The notes under the pieces were generated by a model, which saw nothing but the letters and a program-made list of their open reading frames with translations, was not told where the DNA came from and did no database searches. A DNA stretch of 64,000 nt from Heteronotia binoei. Its lineage: Eukaryota. Position 1 is the first letter of the stretch. Each line of letters begins with the position of its first letter. The DNA lies in assembly GCF_032191835.1 (NCBI RefSeq), contig NC_083241.1, positions 45,508,001 to 45,572,000 of the forward strand, written 5' to 3'. Made by a program: the position numbers and the translations under genes. Positions 24,967-36,000 of this stretch are shown here, piece after piece.

Positions 24967-27662
24967 ATGTCCGCGGAACACGAGAAGGAGCCCCCCCCTG
25001 CCGCCGCCGCCGCCCTCAAGAGAGCCCCCCGAGGTAGGCCTGGCCGGGAGGGGGGCGGAGGCCGCTTTGGTGGGCCCGGGAGCCCCCCCCCCCGCCCCTC
25101 TGCCGCCCTGGGACGCCTCCCTCCCTCCCTCCCCCCCTCCCTCCCTCGGCCTGGGAGCCCGGCGCCCCCCCCCCCCCTTGCAGAAGCCTCGTTGGCCGGG
25201 CTGCAGGAGCCCCTGGGGAGGAGGGCTGCCCCCTTGACCTTCAGGCCCACTCACGCCCCCCCAGCCTCTGCAGCGCTGCCTGTCGCCACCAGTGTTCCTT
25301 CCCCGAAGCCCCGGCTACTTCAGGGTGCGTGGAAGTCTGCCACCCCCCCCCCCCCACTTCCCAGCAGGAGGGCGCAGGCCTGGAACCCGGCTCCCTGGGG
25401 GGCACTGGGACGGAATCGGCAGGCACCCCAGGGTCATCTAGTCCAACCCCCTGCGTGCATTTACAGTGACCCCTGCTCCATACTGAGCAGATGGGGGGGG
25501 GCAGCCTGGCCCCTCTCTCTTCTGGGAGACGCTCTGTGTGTGAAATGCACCTGCATGGGGAGAGAGAGCCACGCACACACCGTCAGTGGCCTTGGGGGGG
25601 TAAAAGCAGCCCTGTGTCTCCTAGGTGGTGATGGTGGCCTGGAGGGGGTAGGAGGCCCCGGAGGAGTCCAGCTCGGAAGCCCCGATAAGAAGAAGCGCAA
25701 GGCAGCAGCCCAGGTAAGTGGGGGGGGTCCTCTAGGTTCTCCCTCCCAGCCAGGGTTGGTGGAGGAAACGGGGGGGGGGGCACCCTGGCCATCCATTCAA
25801 GAGCCCCCTCCTCCGTGTGGGGCTTTCCGGGGAGGGGCAGAGATGGCAGGCTCTTCTCTTCCGTGGGGGGCTGGCTCAGCTTCGCTTCTGAGTTCTGGCC
25901 AGCTGAGGCTTGGCCGCCCCCCTTCCAACCACTCCCCTGCTTGGGGTCTTCTCTGAGCCCAGCGCTCAGGCACAGTCATGCTGGTTGAAGTCCAAACCCA
26001 ACCCAAGTCACCTCAAAGAACCCTTTTGGGGGCGATTAAAGAGTTCCAGGTGTCAGGAAGAGGCTGTGGGAGCGCTTGCAAAAGGTAACTGGCGTGGCGG
26101 GCAGTGATTGCAGGCCCCCAAAGGGAACCTGGGGGATTCCTTCTCCCCCCAGGGGCTGCCGGCACTGCCCTTTCCTCCTGTGCTGTCTCTCTCCTGGGAG
26201 GCTGGCTCCGGGACCCCCAGCAGCCTTCACACCCGCTGAGGCTGGGCAGGGCTGAGGAGCCCGTCTTTCCTCTGCGGCAGGAGAAGGCTGGTTGAATGGC
26301 CACTGGGGCGGGTCTTGGGTGCGAGAACTGAGGCTCCTCAGGGAATTGGGAGGGAGGGGCCTCCGGTGGGGAGCCAAAAGGAAGCCGAAGGGAGCAGAGG
26401 AAGCAGGCAGAGGGCCCCAGAATGCTGCTCTTTGTGGGGCGCTACAGCCTGAGCTCTCCGAGCTGCCTGCATCCTTTTGGTTGGTGGTGTTGAGATGAGT
26501 TGAAAGTGAGACTAACTGAAGCTGTGTGGCTTTCCAGGGCAGCTGCTTTCCTCCGCCTTCCGAATATGCTCCCCCACCCAATCCCAGCGCGGAGCACTTG
26601 GTAGCAGCGAATCCCTTTGACGATAACTACAACACCATTTGCTACAAGCCCCTGCCGGCGGGGAACCCGTACTTTGCCAACCCCGCTTACCCCGGCTTTG
26701 GCGGCTACAACACCTTCAGGATGCCCCCTCACCTGCTGCCCAGGATGTCCTCGCAGTACGGGGCGTCTTCTTACCCCCTCCGGAATCAGCCCCACCCGTT
26801 CCCGCAGAGCCCGGTGGGCATGGTCTTCAGCCGGCCGCAGGCGATGAACTTTGGGCCCCACGAGAATGTGGCATTCGGCAACCAGCCATCCTACAACGCA
26901 AACGTGAATCCAAACATCATGATGCCCGGTCAGCACTTCCGGCTGAACCCTGGGGAGAACTTTGGCCACATGCCTTCCCAGAACACGACTCAGATGCCCC
27001 ACCACGAAATGCCGCTGCATTTTGGGCCGGGGAACAATCCCAGTTTTAACAGTTCCCAGTTGGAGCCCAACCCTCCGTATGGCCCACTGCCAAACAACTA
27101 TGGCCAGAACAAGCCTGTGCCGAAAGCTGGCCCCAACAAGCACGGCCCCCCTCCCACCCAGCTCCACCAGCACGGAGGCACAGACGAGGCGGGGAACTCA
27201 GGGAACGCAGACCTGAAGCCAGCCGTCCGGCACGTGCCTGCAGGGCCCGAGAGCCACCCCCCCAAGCCTGCCGAAGCCTTGACCAGCAGCCGTGCCAACG
27301 GGACTCCGAGCAAGCCCCACCTGCCCCGTGGTGCGGCCGAAGGCGGGGCCCCGGAGAAGGGCGGCCAGTTCCCTCTGCTCTCCGGCCAGCACGGCCACCC
27401 CTCCTCCGAACCCGTCTACCCCTGCGGGATTTGCACCCACGAGGTGAACGACGACCAGGACGCCATCTTGTGCGAGGCCTCCTGTCAAAAATGGTTCCAT
27501 CGGATCTGCACGGGCATGACGGAGTCGGCGTACGGCCTGCTCACGGCAGAAGCGTCTGCGGTCTGGGGCTGTGACACTTGCATGGCGGACAAAGACGTGC
27601 AGCTGATGCGCACCAGGGAGACCACCGGAGGAGGGCCCCCCGTCTCGAGCGCCGACGCCTGA
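24967..27662 (+). CDS. PYGO1: Pygopus homolog 1 (about 426 aa; NLS, NPF-containing NHD, C-terminal PHD finger)
   Basis: Exons 24967-25033 (MSAEHEKEP..LKRAPR), 25625-25713 (SPDKKKRK), 26538-27662 (AANPFDD; PHD CGICTHEVNDDQDAILCEASCQKWFHRIC..CDTC). GT-AG junctions, frame closes. Confidence 0.97.
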
Positions 27663-29091
27663 GCGAGCAGAGGCATCCCGTGCAGCGAGAGGTGGTTTGT
27701 CGGCTGCCTTCCCAGCAGAGAGGGTGGTTGCTCTTGCGTTCTGTTCCCCAGCTGGGCGCTGTCCTCTCTTCCCAGGCCTGGGTCTTCACCAGAAGAACCC
27801 CAAGTTAGAACTTGCGGTGCCACAAGACACCTCTTTGGCTTTGTTTTTGTAAATGCTCGCTCGAAGGTTACGACCGCCGACTGATGGCCGCGTCCTGGTT
27901 TTGTGCACAGAGGCCAGGGTGCTCCGGATGGCCCTTCCTGGCTATGGTGGAGCGGAGCCCCCGGGCCTGGCGGTTGTTGCTCCCTCGGAGGAGGGCCTGT
28001 TGCCTCTCTTGTGAAGGCTTCGTTTCTTCTTTTAACGAGGATCCCAGGCAGCAAGAAGAATCAACCAATATTTATTTGAAGTCTGTTGCCAGGCATGCCC
28101 AGTTCCTGGTGTTCTAGCTGAACCTGCCAAGTGATATTAGTCTTGAGTAGTGTTCGGGGTAGTCCAGACATTCCGTATTCCCCCGTGTCTCTTTCCAGAG
28201 CATCATGAAGGATCCCCAGGACCAGGAGCTCCGTTGGTAGCAAAGAACTCAGCGGAAGGTGCTCCTCCTCCTCCTCCTCCTCCCAGGGAGGTTCCAGCCG
28301 AAGTGCTGCTGGTTTTCCCATCGCAGGGATGCTTCTTCCCTGCTTCCCTGTCCCCTGGGCCAGACGTCTCTGGAGGTGCTGAGGAGGGGGCTCCAGGTGG
28401 GCTCTTGCCCTTTCCTCTTCCAGCTGGGTCACGCGCAGCACCACTGTGTCTTCCCTTTGGGGTTGGGAGCCGGGGAATTAGGGGGTGGGGGTGGGCAGCA
28501 GCTCAGCTTTCCCCGGCCTCTCCGTAGCTGCAGCAGGTGGGGGAACCGTGGCCAGCTCCCCCCTCCCCCGCAGTTGTTGGGGCAGCTTCTGGCCTCCTGG
28601 CCCTTGCCTGAGGCTCCTGGGATGACTCTGCCTGTGGGGGGGGGGGAGAGGCTGAGAGGAGGAGGAGGAAGAGGAAAGATGTCGCCTTCCTGACCTTTGC
28701 GGGGGCTCCGCAGCAGTGTGTATGGCTGGCCTGCAGAAGGTCCCTGCGTCAGTCTGGGGCATCTTCACGCCAGTAAAGCCTTGGCGGCTGCTCTCTGCTC
28801 ATTGGCCGGTTTGCCTGTCTTCCACTCTTCTTCCAAGGAGCTCCAGGGGGCATCCACGCCCCCCCCCCCCCCGTCCTCAACCGTCTTGGGAGGTGGGCTA
28901 GGCTCGGGGGGGGCACAGGATCACCCAGTGCCCCTCCTGGGGGAGCGGAGATTTGAAGCTGGGTCTCAGGCTGATGCTGGAACTGCTCTGCCAGGCTGGT
29001 TGAGCGGCCTTTGCTTCCTTTTGCGTTCCAGAGGATTCCAGTAGAACGGCTGGGTCTGTATCCCCCCCTCCCCCACCGTCATGCAGGGAGG

Positions 29092-29277
29092 TGGGGCTGT
29101 GGCTCAGGGGCAGAGCCTCTGCTTGGCATGCATAGAGGCCACAGGCGCAATCCCCAACATTTCCAGGGTTTTTACATTTTTTTTAAAGGATCAGATGGCA
29201 AGAGACCTGGAGAGCGGCTGCCGGTTGAGTCGACAATGCTTCGAAGGACCAGTGGTCTGTTTCAGGAGAAGGCCACT
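29092..29277 (+). mobile_element. tRNA-derived SINE (Squam2-like), degenerate
   Basis: ggggctgtggctcaggggcagagcctctgcttggcatgca..cctggagagcggctgcc; same family as 41250-41467. Confidence 0.7.
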
Positions 29278-32149
29278 AGGTGGCGCCTCATCTTCCTCCT
29301 GGGAAGAGCGGGAGAGGCTGCTGCTGGGGGAGGCTCTTGGATGAACTGAGGAGGTGGGTGCCCAGGGGTCCGGGGACCCGTCTCACATGACTGGGGTGAG
29401 GGTGGGGCTGGTCTTTCTCTTGAAGGAAGGAGGGGATCTAGAGGTGATCTGAGGCAAGAAGATCCGGGGCCCCTCGAGAGTTCTCCAGAAGGGCCCTTGG
29501 GATAGGTCTCAGGGCCGCAGTAGTGGCTTTTGGCTCTGGAGTCCCAACTAGGGAGGGAAGCGTTTCTCTGTCCACAAAGAGACTCTTGTGGACTCTGCAC
29601 AAAACGTGCCTTATTGCCTGCGTGCCCTTTGTTGGCGTCTTCAAGGCGACATGCAGATTCAGAGGGGCGGACCTTGGCTTGGTTTAGGGCCGGGCTGAGA
29701 CTGGCCACACGCTCAGTGGGGGGTGGTATTTGTCCCACATGGCCTTAGTGAGACCTGCCAGGTCAGGCCTCCAGTGGTGCCAAGCAGCACCTGTGTTATT
29801 CCAGTAGTTGTGGCCAAATAGGAATGTAATCCAAAATGTTCTATGGCCGCTTGTGAACAGCTCTCGTTAGCACTTGGAGGGAGGGAAGTGCTGGCACTTT
29901 CAGCCAGGCTCTCGGTCTCTCTCGCTCCTGCAGAAGGCCCCAGATGTTGCGGTGGGTGTTGCCGCAGCCTCTCCCCCCTCCTGCAGCAGCCGTCCGTCTG
30001 GTCCCGGAAGGCAGGCCTCTGCTCTTGGAGCACGGCTGGGTGGGCACTCGGTCCGTCCCGGCAGGCAGCAGCTGGACTGCTGTGGGCTGGGCCCTGGGAG
30101 GGCAGGGAGAGGGTGGGAATCTGCGGTCCCGCAGCTGAAGCAGAGAGGCAGCAGGGTGGCGCTTCTCTCCACCAGAGCGGGGACTTGGGCAGATGGGAGC
30201 CCCTCCCCCTTGCGAAGCATGTGGCCATGGCTGCAGGCCGATTCCTCCTGCTCAAGGTGGGCGGCTCCTGCCTGCCTTCTCGTGGGGATGGATCTGAGTG
30301 GCCTTTCTCCCTGCCCCCTTTCTTCCAGCTCCCGGCTGGGCAGAGGCCTTCTGTCTGCTCCAGCCTTTGGGGGCCGGCAGCAGCTAAAGACTTGGGTGGG
30401 GGTGTCGCTTTTTTGCAAATGAGAATGTGGGAAGTTTCTGGGGGGAGGGGGGACTTTGTGATGTGGCTGCAACCTTGTGCCCTTCAGGGCATACGAGAGA
30501 CGTGGCAGCCCCTCGGCCAGTCAGGGAGGGGGGAGAGAGGTTCCCCCATCAGGCTGCTTTGTGGCCCCCTGTGCTGGCCGTTCTTGGCAGCCACTAAACC
30601 CCCTGGGGACATTGGAGAGCTGTGGTAGAAGGGTGGAAGATGCCAGTTGGGGGTGGAGGAGTCTTTTGAGCTCTGCAGCCTGTGGCCGATAGGCAGGGCT
30701 GGGCAAATGCTCGTGGCACCAGTTGCTTGGCCGCAGGCTGCTTGGTCTTGCTGGCTCTGCTGCAGGGTGACCTGCCCAAAGGAAAAGTCTCTGGCCCCAT
30801 GGCGTGGCTGGGCAGCACAGCAGCAGGGCCTGTGTCTCCTCCTTCCAGGTGGGAGGAAGCGCTCCCCAGGCCGCTAGGACTGTTGCAGCCTGAGTGCAGC
30901 CAGGCAAAAAACCCTCCTGGCCTCTCCTTTTTGGCTTTGTGAAATCATAACTGCTTGTTGAATAGAATCTCTGACTCAAGAAGTAGAAGAAAAGCATTGT
31001 ACCTATTTTTGGTTTTAGGTTACTTCAAAGAAAAAATCTTGATTTGGTATTCCCCCCCCATCCTTCCTCTCCCCCCCTCCAATTTCATTGCAAGTATCCG
31101 AATTGTCTCATGGTCAAGACCACCCATTCCTCTCTGAAGCCTCGCCTAGCCTTGCTTGCTCGTGAAAGTGCTGGTGTGTGCCGTCTTCTCTGCCTCGCTA
31201 GCTGGCCACGGGTGTCTGATGGTGTCCTGTGGCTGGCTGACTGTTTCCTCTTAGAAGACCTGTAGTCTTTCCCGACCTCCCGCTTCCCTGGCCCTGTCTT
31301 GGGGCAGACAGACAGACCCCTTCAGTACTCGGGATGCCGTCATGGCCTCCGACTGTTCCACATTGGTGACGACGTTTATATTTTTGCAAGGAGCGTGGCC
31401 AGCCGCTCTGGCTGCCCCCTGCCGCCTCCCTCGTGGTGAAGTTCACTGTATGTAATTCAAATTGGAAAGGAGCTTCCATCCTTGGGCCACTCGTATTCTT
31501 TTGGTACGGAATTAAATTACTATGTAATACCAGCCGCTTCCTCTGGCGTGTCCTTTTGTGGGGAGAGGGGAGGGGAGCTGGACCCATCCCAGCCTGGCTG
31601 TGGGGCAGAAGGGGCCAAGTCTGACTCAAGAAATATCTGGGGACTTTGGTGGTGGAGCCAGGAGCAGGGCTGTGACAAGTATGATTGAACTCCAAAAGGA
31701 GTTCTGGCCATCGCGTTTAAAGGGACCACACACCTCTCAAATGCCTTCCCTCCATTTGGAATAATGAAGGATAGGGGTACCTTCTTTGGAGGCTCATAGC
31801 ATTGGACCCCCTGGTCCAATCTGTTTGAAACTTGGGGATTATTTTGAGGAGAGTCACCAGATGCTATGCTGAACATTTGGTGCCTCTACCTCAAAATACA
31901 ACTTCCCTAGAGCCCCAGATACCCGCAGACCAATTCTCCATTATCCCCTATGAGAATTGGTCTCTATAGGGTATAATGGAGTGTCCAGCAGCAGACATCC
32001 CCCACCCCACCCCGCTTTCTGATGACCCTGAAGCGGGGGTGGGGAGGGCCTCCAAACCGGGGGATCCCCTGCTGTCCCCACCTGGGGATGGTAACAAGGA
32101 ATAGGGATCACAGTTAATGGGGCAGGCAATGGAAGTTAAACAACTGCTG

Positions 32150-32823
32150 TGATGATAAACAAAGTTTATAGTAACCATTTAAAAACCTTCATATATTTTA
32201 ATGCTCCACATTTTAAATTTTACATACTTCATGTTGAAATAAAAGTCCAATTTAAAGATCCATTTATATATTTCATATTGTAGACTTCCTTGGGAGTAAT
32301 GTTTGTCATATAGGAGCTTGAGCCAGATCTGGTTAAATGAATCCGTTTGTACTGGCTCTAGCTCCTATATGAAAAATACACACACTTAAGTGCCTTGGAG
32401 TGGTAAGCTTTTTACTGAAATAGAAACTTTAGAATTGTTAGTTCCATTCAGCTTTGTGCCGTCTTTTGCTGTCATCTTGGTTTATTCCAGATTGAAAGAA
32501 AAGATGTGGTAAGAAGAATCACGAACATGGGTCAGTACTCGTGGCTGTTATGCCTGAAAAAGCATAGAAAGGCCTTACTCCTGAGGAAGTCTACTGATAA
32601 ATGGGCCTATATCCAGGTGCTCAGAGACTTTTTTTGCAATATGGGAATGCTAATATTGGACCTCTATTACAACATGAAGTATGCAAAATTTACTATATGA
32701 AATATATGAATGGATATTTAAGTTGGACTTTTATTACAACATGAAGTACGTAAAATTTAAACTGTGGAGCATTAAAATATATTTAGGTTTTAAAGTGGCC
32801 GCTATAAGCTTTGTTTATCATCA
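32150..32823. repeat. AT-rich long inverted repeat with nested hairpin
   Basis: Arms 32150-32283 and about 32692-32823 are reverse complements; inner stem 32306-32326 / 32352-32372. Confidence 0.85.
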
Positions 32824-32954
32824 TCATCGGGGGGGGGGGGGGCTGGGGCTCCACGGGGCAGCCTGCAGAGGCGGCTCCATCTCCGCCGGGGGAGCCGAAG
32901 CAGGAGGCCCCGGTCATTGCGCGAGGCGGTCTCCAGGCGGGGCCGCCCGGGGGA

Positions 32955-33052
32955 ACTACGACTCCCGGCATGCCCTGCAGCGGGAGGGCGCGCGGGCGCC
33001 GCTGGGTGGGCGGAAGTGACGGGCGGCTTCCGGGGAGCCGTTGCTTGGCGAC
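32955..33052 (+). promoter_or_regulatory. DNAAF4 CpG-island promoter: ZNF143-type motif, ETS sites, RFX X-box
   Basis: ACTACGACTCCCGGCATGC (32955-32973), CGGAAGTG, and GTTGCTTGGCGAC (33040-33052) ending 7 nt before the ATG. Confidence 0.75.
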
Positions 33053-33059
33053 CGCGGCC

Positions 33060-36000
33060 ATGCCGGTGTGGCTGCGCGACTACAGCTGGCGGCAGAGCCC
33101 CTCGGCGGTCTACGTGGCCCTGCCCGGCAGCAGGGACGCCCCGCGCCTCCCCGGCCGCCCGGACGTCTTCTGCGCCGGCCGCTACCTCAAGGTGGGCGGG
33201 GGGGGGGGAGGGGTGCCTGCCGGGATTCCTCCCCCGCCGGGAGGCTGGCAGCCGCTCTAGCCGCGGGCTCTCTTCCTAGGTGAGCGCGCCGCCCTTCCTC
33301 TTCGAGGCCTTCCTGTGGGCGCCGGTGGACGAGGCCCGCAGCACCGCCCGGCTGGAGGATGGCGCCCTGCTGCTGGCGCTGCGCAAGAGAGAGGCCGCGC
33401 CCTGGGAGGCCCTGCTCGACCCCGGCCGTGAGTGCCCCCCTGCGGCCCCCGCCTGGCAGGCCCCTGCTGCTGCTGCTCTCTGTGCTCAGGCCCGTCTCTT
33501 TGCTTTAGTGGACAAGGGGGAGAGGCAGAGGATCCGCGAGGAGGCCGTGCTCCAGGCCCACAAGAAGGCGAAAGAAGACGCCGAGGCCAAAGCCGCTCGG
33601 AAGCAGGAGCGGTCCAGGTGCGCCGTGCAGGCCACAATCCAGGTAAATCCAGTGCTGTCCGACTACCCTTGGGCACCGAAATGAGCAGTGGCCGCTGGAT
33701 AGCACTGCAGGTGGCAGATGGACTCATGCCTCTTGGACCTGGCTGGCCCTGGCTGTAGACAGACAGCTTCTGGAATCGAGAGGAGGGGAAAGGATGGAGA
33801 GGTGTGAAGGTGGCACTCGCAGGCATAGCAGAACCACAGAGCGGGAGGCCGGTGAGCTGTTGGGTGTGGAAGTCGGGAACAACCGAGCACAAGCGAGCGG
33901 GGCAGGGTCAGCGTGGGCCTGTGTGCCCCGGGCCTTCTCAGGCATGCTCCGCCCAGCTCAGCAGACCTCCGTCATGAGCAGCGTGGCTGGTATCTCTGAG
34001 CTTTGGGGGGGTCATCAGAATTGCTGTGTGGAAGGCAGGGGTGGACTGCAAGTGACTTGAGGCGTTTTAGGACAGGCTTTGATGTGTCTGTATCTAAAAC
34101 AGCTGGAAGAAGCAGACAGAAAAAGGATAGATGACCTGAAAGAAGAGGAGCGGAAAAAAGCCACCAAAGAGATTGAGAAGTGGAAGGAAAAAAATGAAAA
34201 GCAAAATAAGCCACAAGAAAGGGTCCCCTTGCAACCGACTGGAAAAATCCAAGAGAAAACTCTGATCAGATCTCAGAGTAAAGGAGCAGCCAAGACAGCA
34301 AGCGGAATGCAGTGGGGAGGTGCGTGAGAGAATGTTGCCACCTCTTCCAATGGGCCTTCCTCCCGTTGACTTGGGATCGATTGGGGTTCCCTCCACCCTC
34401 CCCTCTTTCCTGTGGCCCAAGTTCCGTTTTAGTCTTGGTTTCTAGCTGTAGCTATTCTTTTTGTTTTACTCTTGTTTGTTTAGCTTTGTGTAACCTTTCT
34501 TGCTGTGTCCCCTCCTGATATACCTGGGGGGCGGGGTTGGGATGTATTTGTGTGCGTGGCACCTGGGCTGTGATTTTGACTCAAGCTCAGATCCTGCCCT
34601 CACCAGGAGGCCGAAAGCAAGCCCTGGAGGTGCCCATTCTCCACACAAAGGCCAGTATTGACCAGGCTGAAGAACAGCATTGGTTGCAGTTGTGCTTGTT
34701 TTGAAAAGATAACCAGTCTTTGAGTGGTTTCCTTCCTTTACGGAACTTTATCTGTGCTCAGAACTAAAAGCGCCAAGAAAACAAGTCATAATATTCTCCG
34801 TGTGATATTTGACAAATCTCTTCTGGTTCCATGGCTTGCATCTTTGGGACTGCAGGATACTGGGTGCAGTAGCTGTATTAAATCCTAGGTAATTATCCCA
34901 ATGGTAGGAGTGTGAATAAACACTTCTAAAAAGAGCTGCAGGAATATTCGCTGTCTGGAACCTACTTCTGTACCCATTTCCAAAGGGCTGGATGAAAGAG
35001 AAAGCATTTTCACATTTGTGTCGTGACTCCTCATTTCTTCCTCCTTCTACAGTGCATTGAAAAATAAAGTCATTTGTGTGTGTTGTTAATTGTTGCAGCT
35101 GGCAGTTCGGAAAATATGTTTTCTGAGAAGTTAAAGGAAGAGTCAGTTCCTTCTCCGCGGCGTGCTGGCAGCATACAGCTGAGTTTCACACCCCGGGTCT
35201 TCCCTACAGCTCTCCGAGAATCCAGGGTTGAAGAAGAGGAGGAGGTACAGAACATTGACCTTTTTGCTGTGGCTTCCAACAAATGCTGAGAGATTTGGAT
35301 TGTCTTGTTGGCATCTGCTGCCATTTTTTCTCCTCAAAAATCTAGAGCTCCACACTTGCCCTAGAATGGTCCGGCTGAGGAATGTTCAGCCTCCCTTAAA
35401 GGAATAAAAACAAGCCCTTTTTAAAGGTGCACGAACTGGAGTGGCTGTGGTGGGGGGCTGTCGGAGCGGGAGTAGCAGAGTGAGGGAGATGACTTGCCCG
35501 ACACAGGGCTTCAGGAAAGAAAATCAGGCAGACACGTGCAACTAGTGCCAAAAGGTGTATTAACATATATACACAACAAGTGCTCTCTTGTGCAGTCTAT
35601 ACAATATCACCTCCACGGACAAAGTGCTTCGCCTAACCACCATCTCACAGGGAGAGACCTGTGTGATGCACACACAGATCATATATAGTCCAAGCAGCCA
35701 ATCCTGGCCATGCTGACTCAGCAGATTGCATCACTTGGCTTCTGCCGGCTCAAGCCGGTCTGCTGATCAGGTCACTGTGACCTAGCCTGGCAGCTAGATC
35801 ACCAGCTGTCATACTGTAGCTGTCAGACTGGGTTTATGTAGATTCTTGCTCCAACACACCTCCTAATCTATTTAAACCCAGTGCACCAAAACACTTTACA
35901 CAGTTTACATACATGTCCACCAGCAACATTACAGTTCATATTTACGTAGCTCGGAACCCTTTCCGGAATTCGTTCAGGAACTCATCATGATTGTAAAACA

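Noticed and set aside
34850-35100. Possible extra DNAAF4 exon or LTR-driven exonisation near the copia insertion
   Set aside because: The nine exons found already give a complete in-frame protein, and no supported splice sites link to the element.
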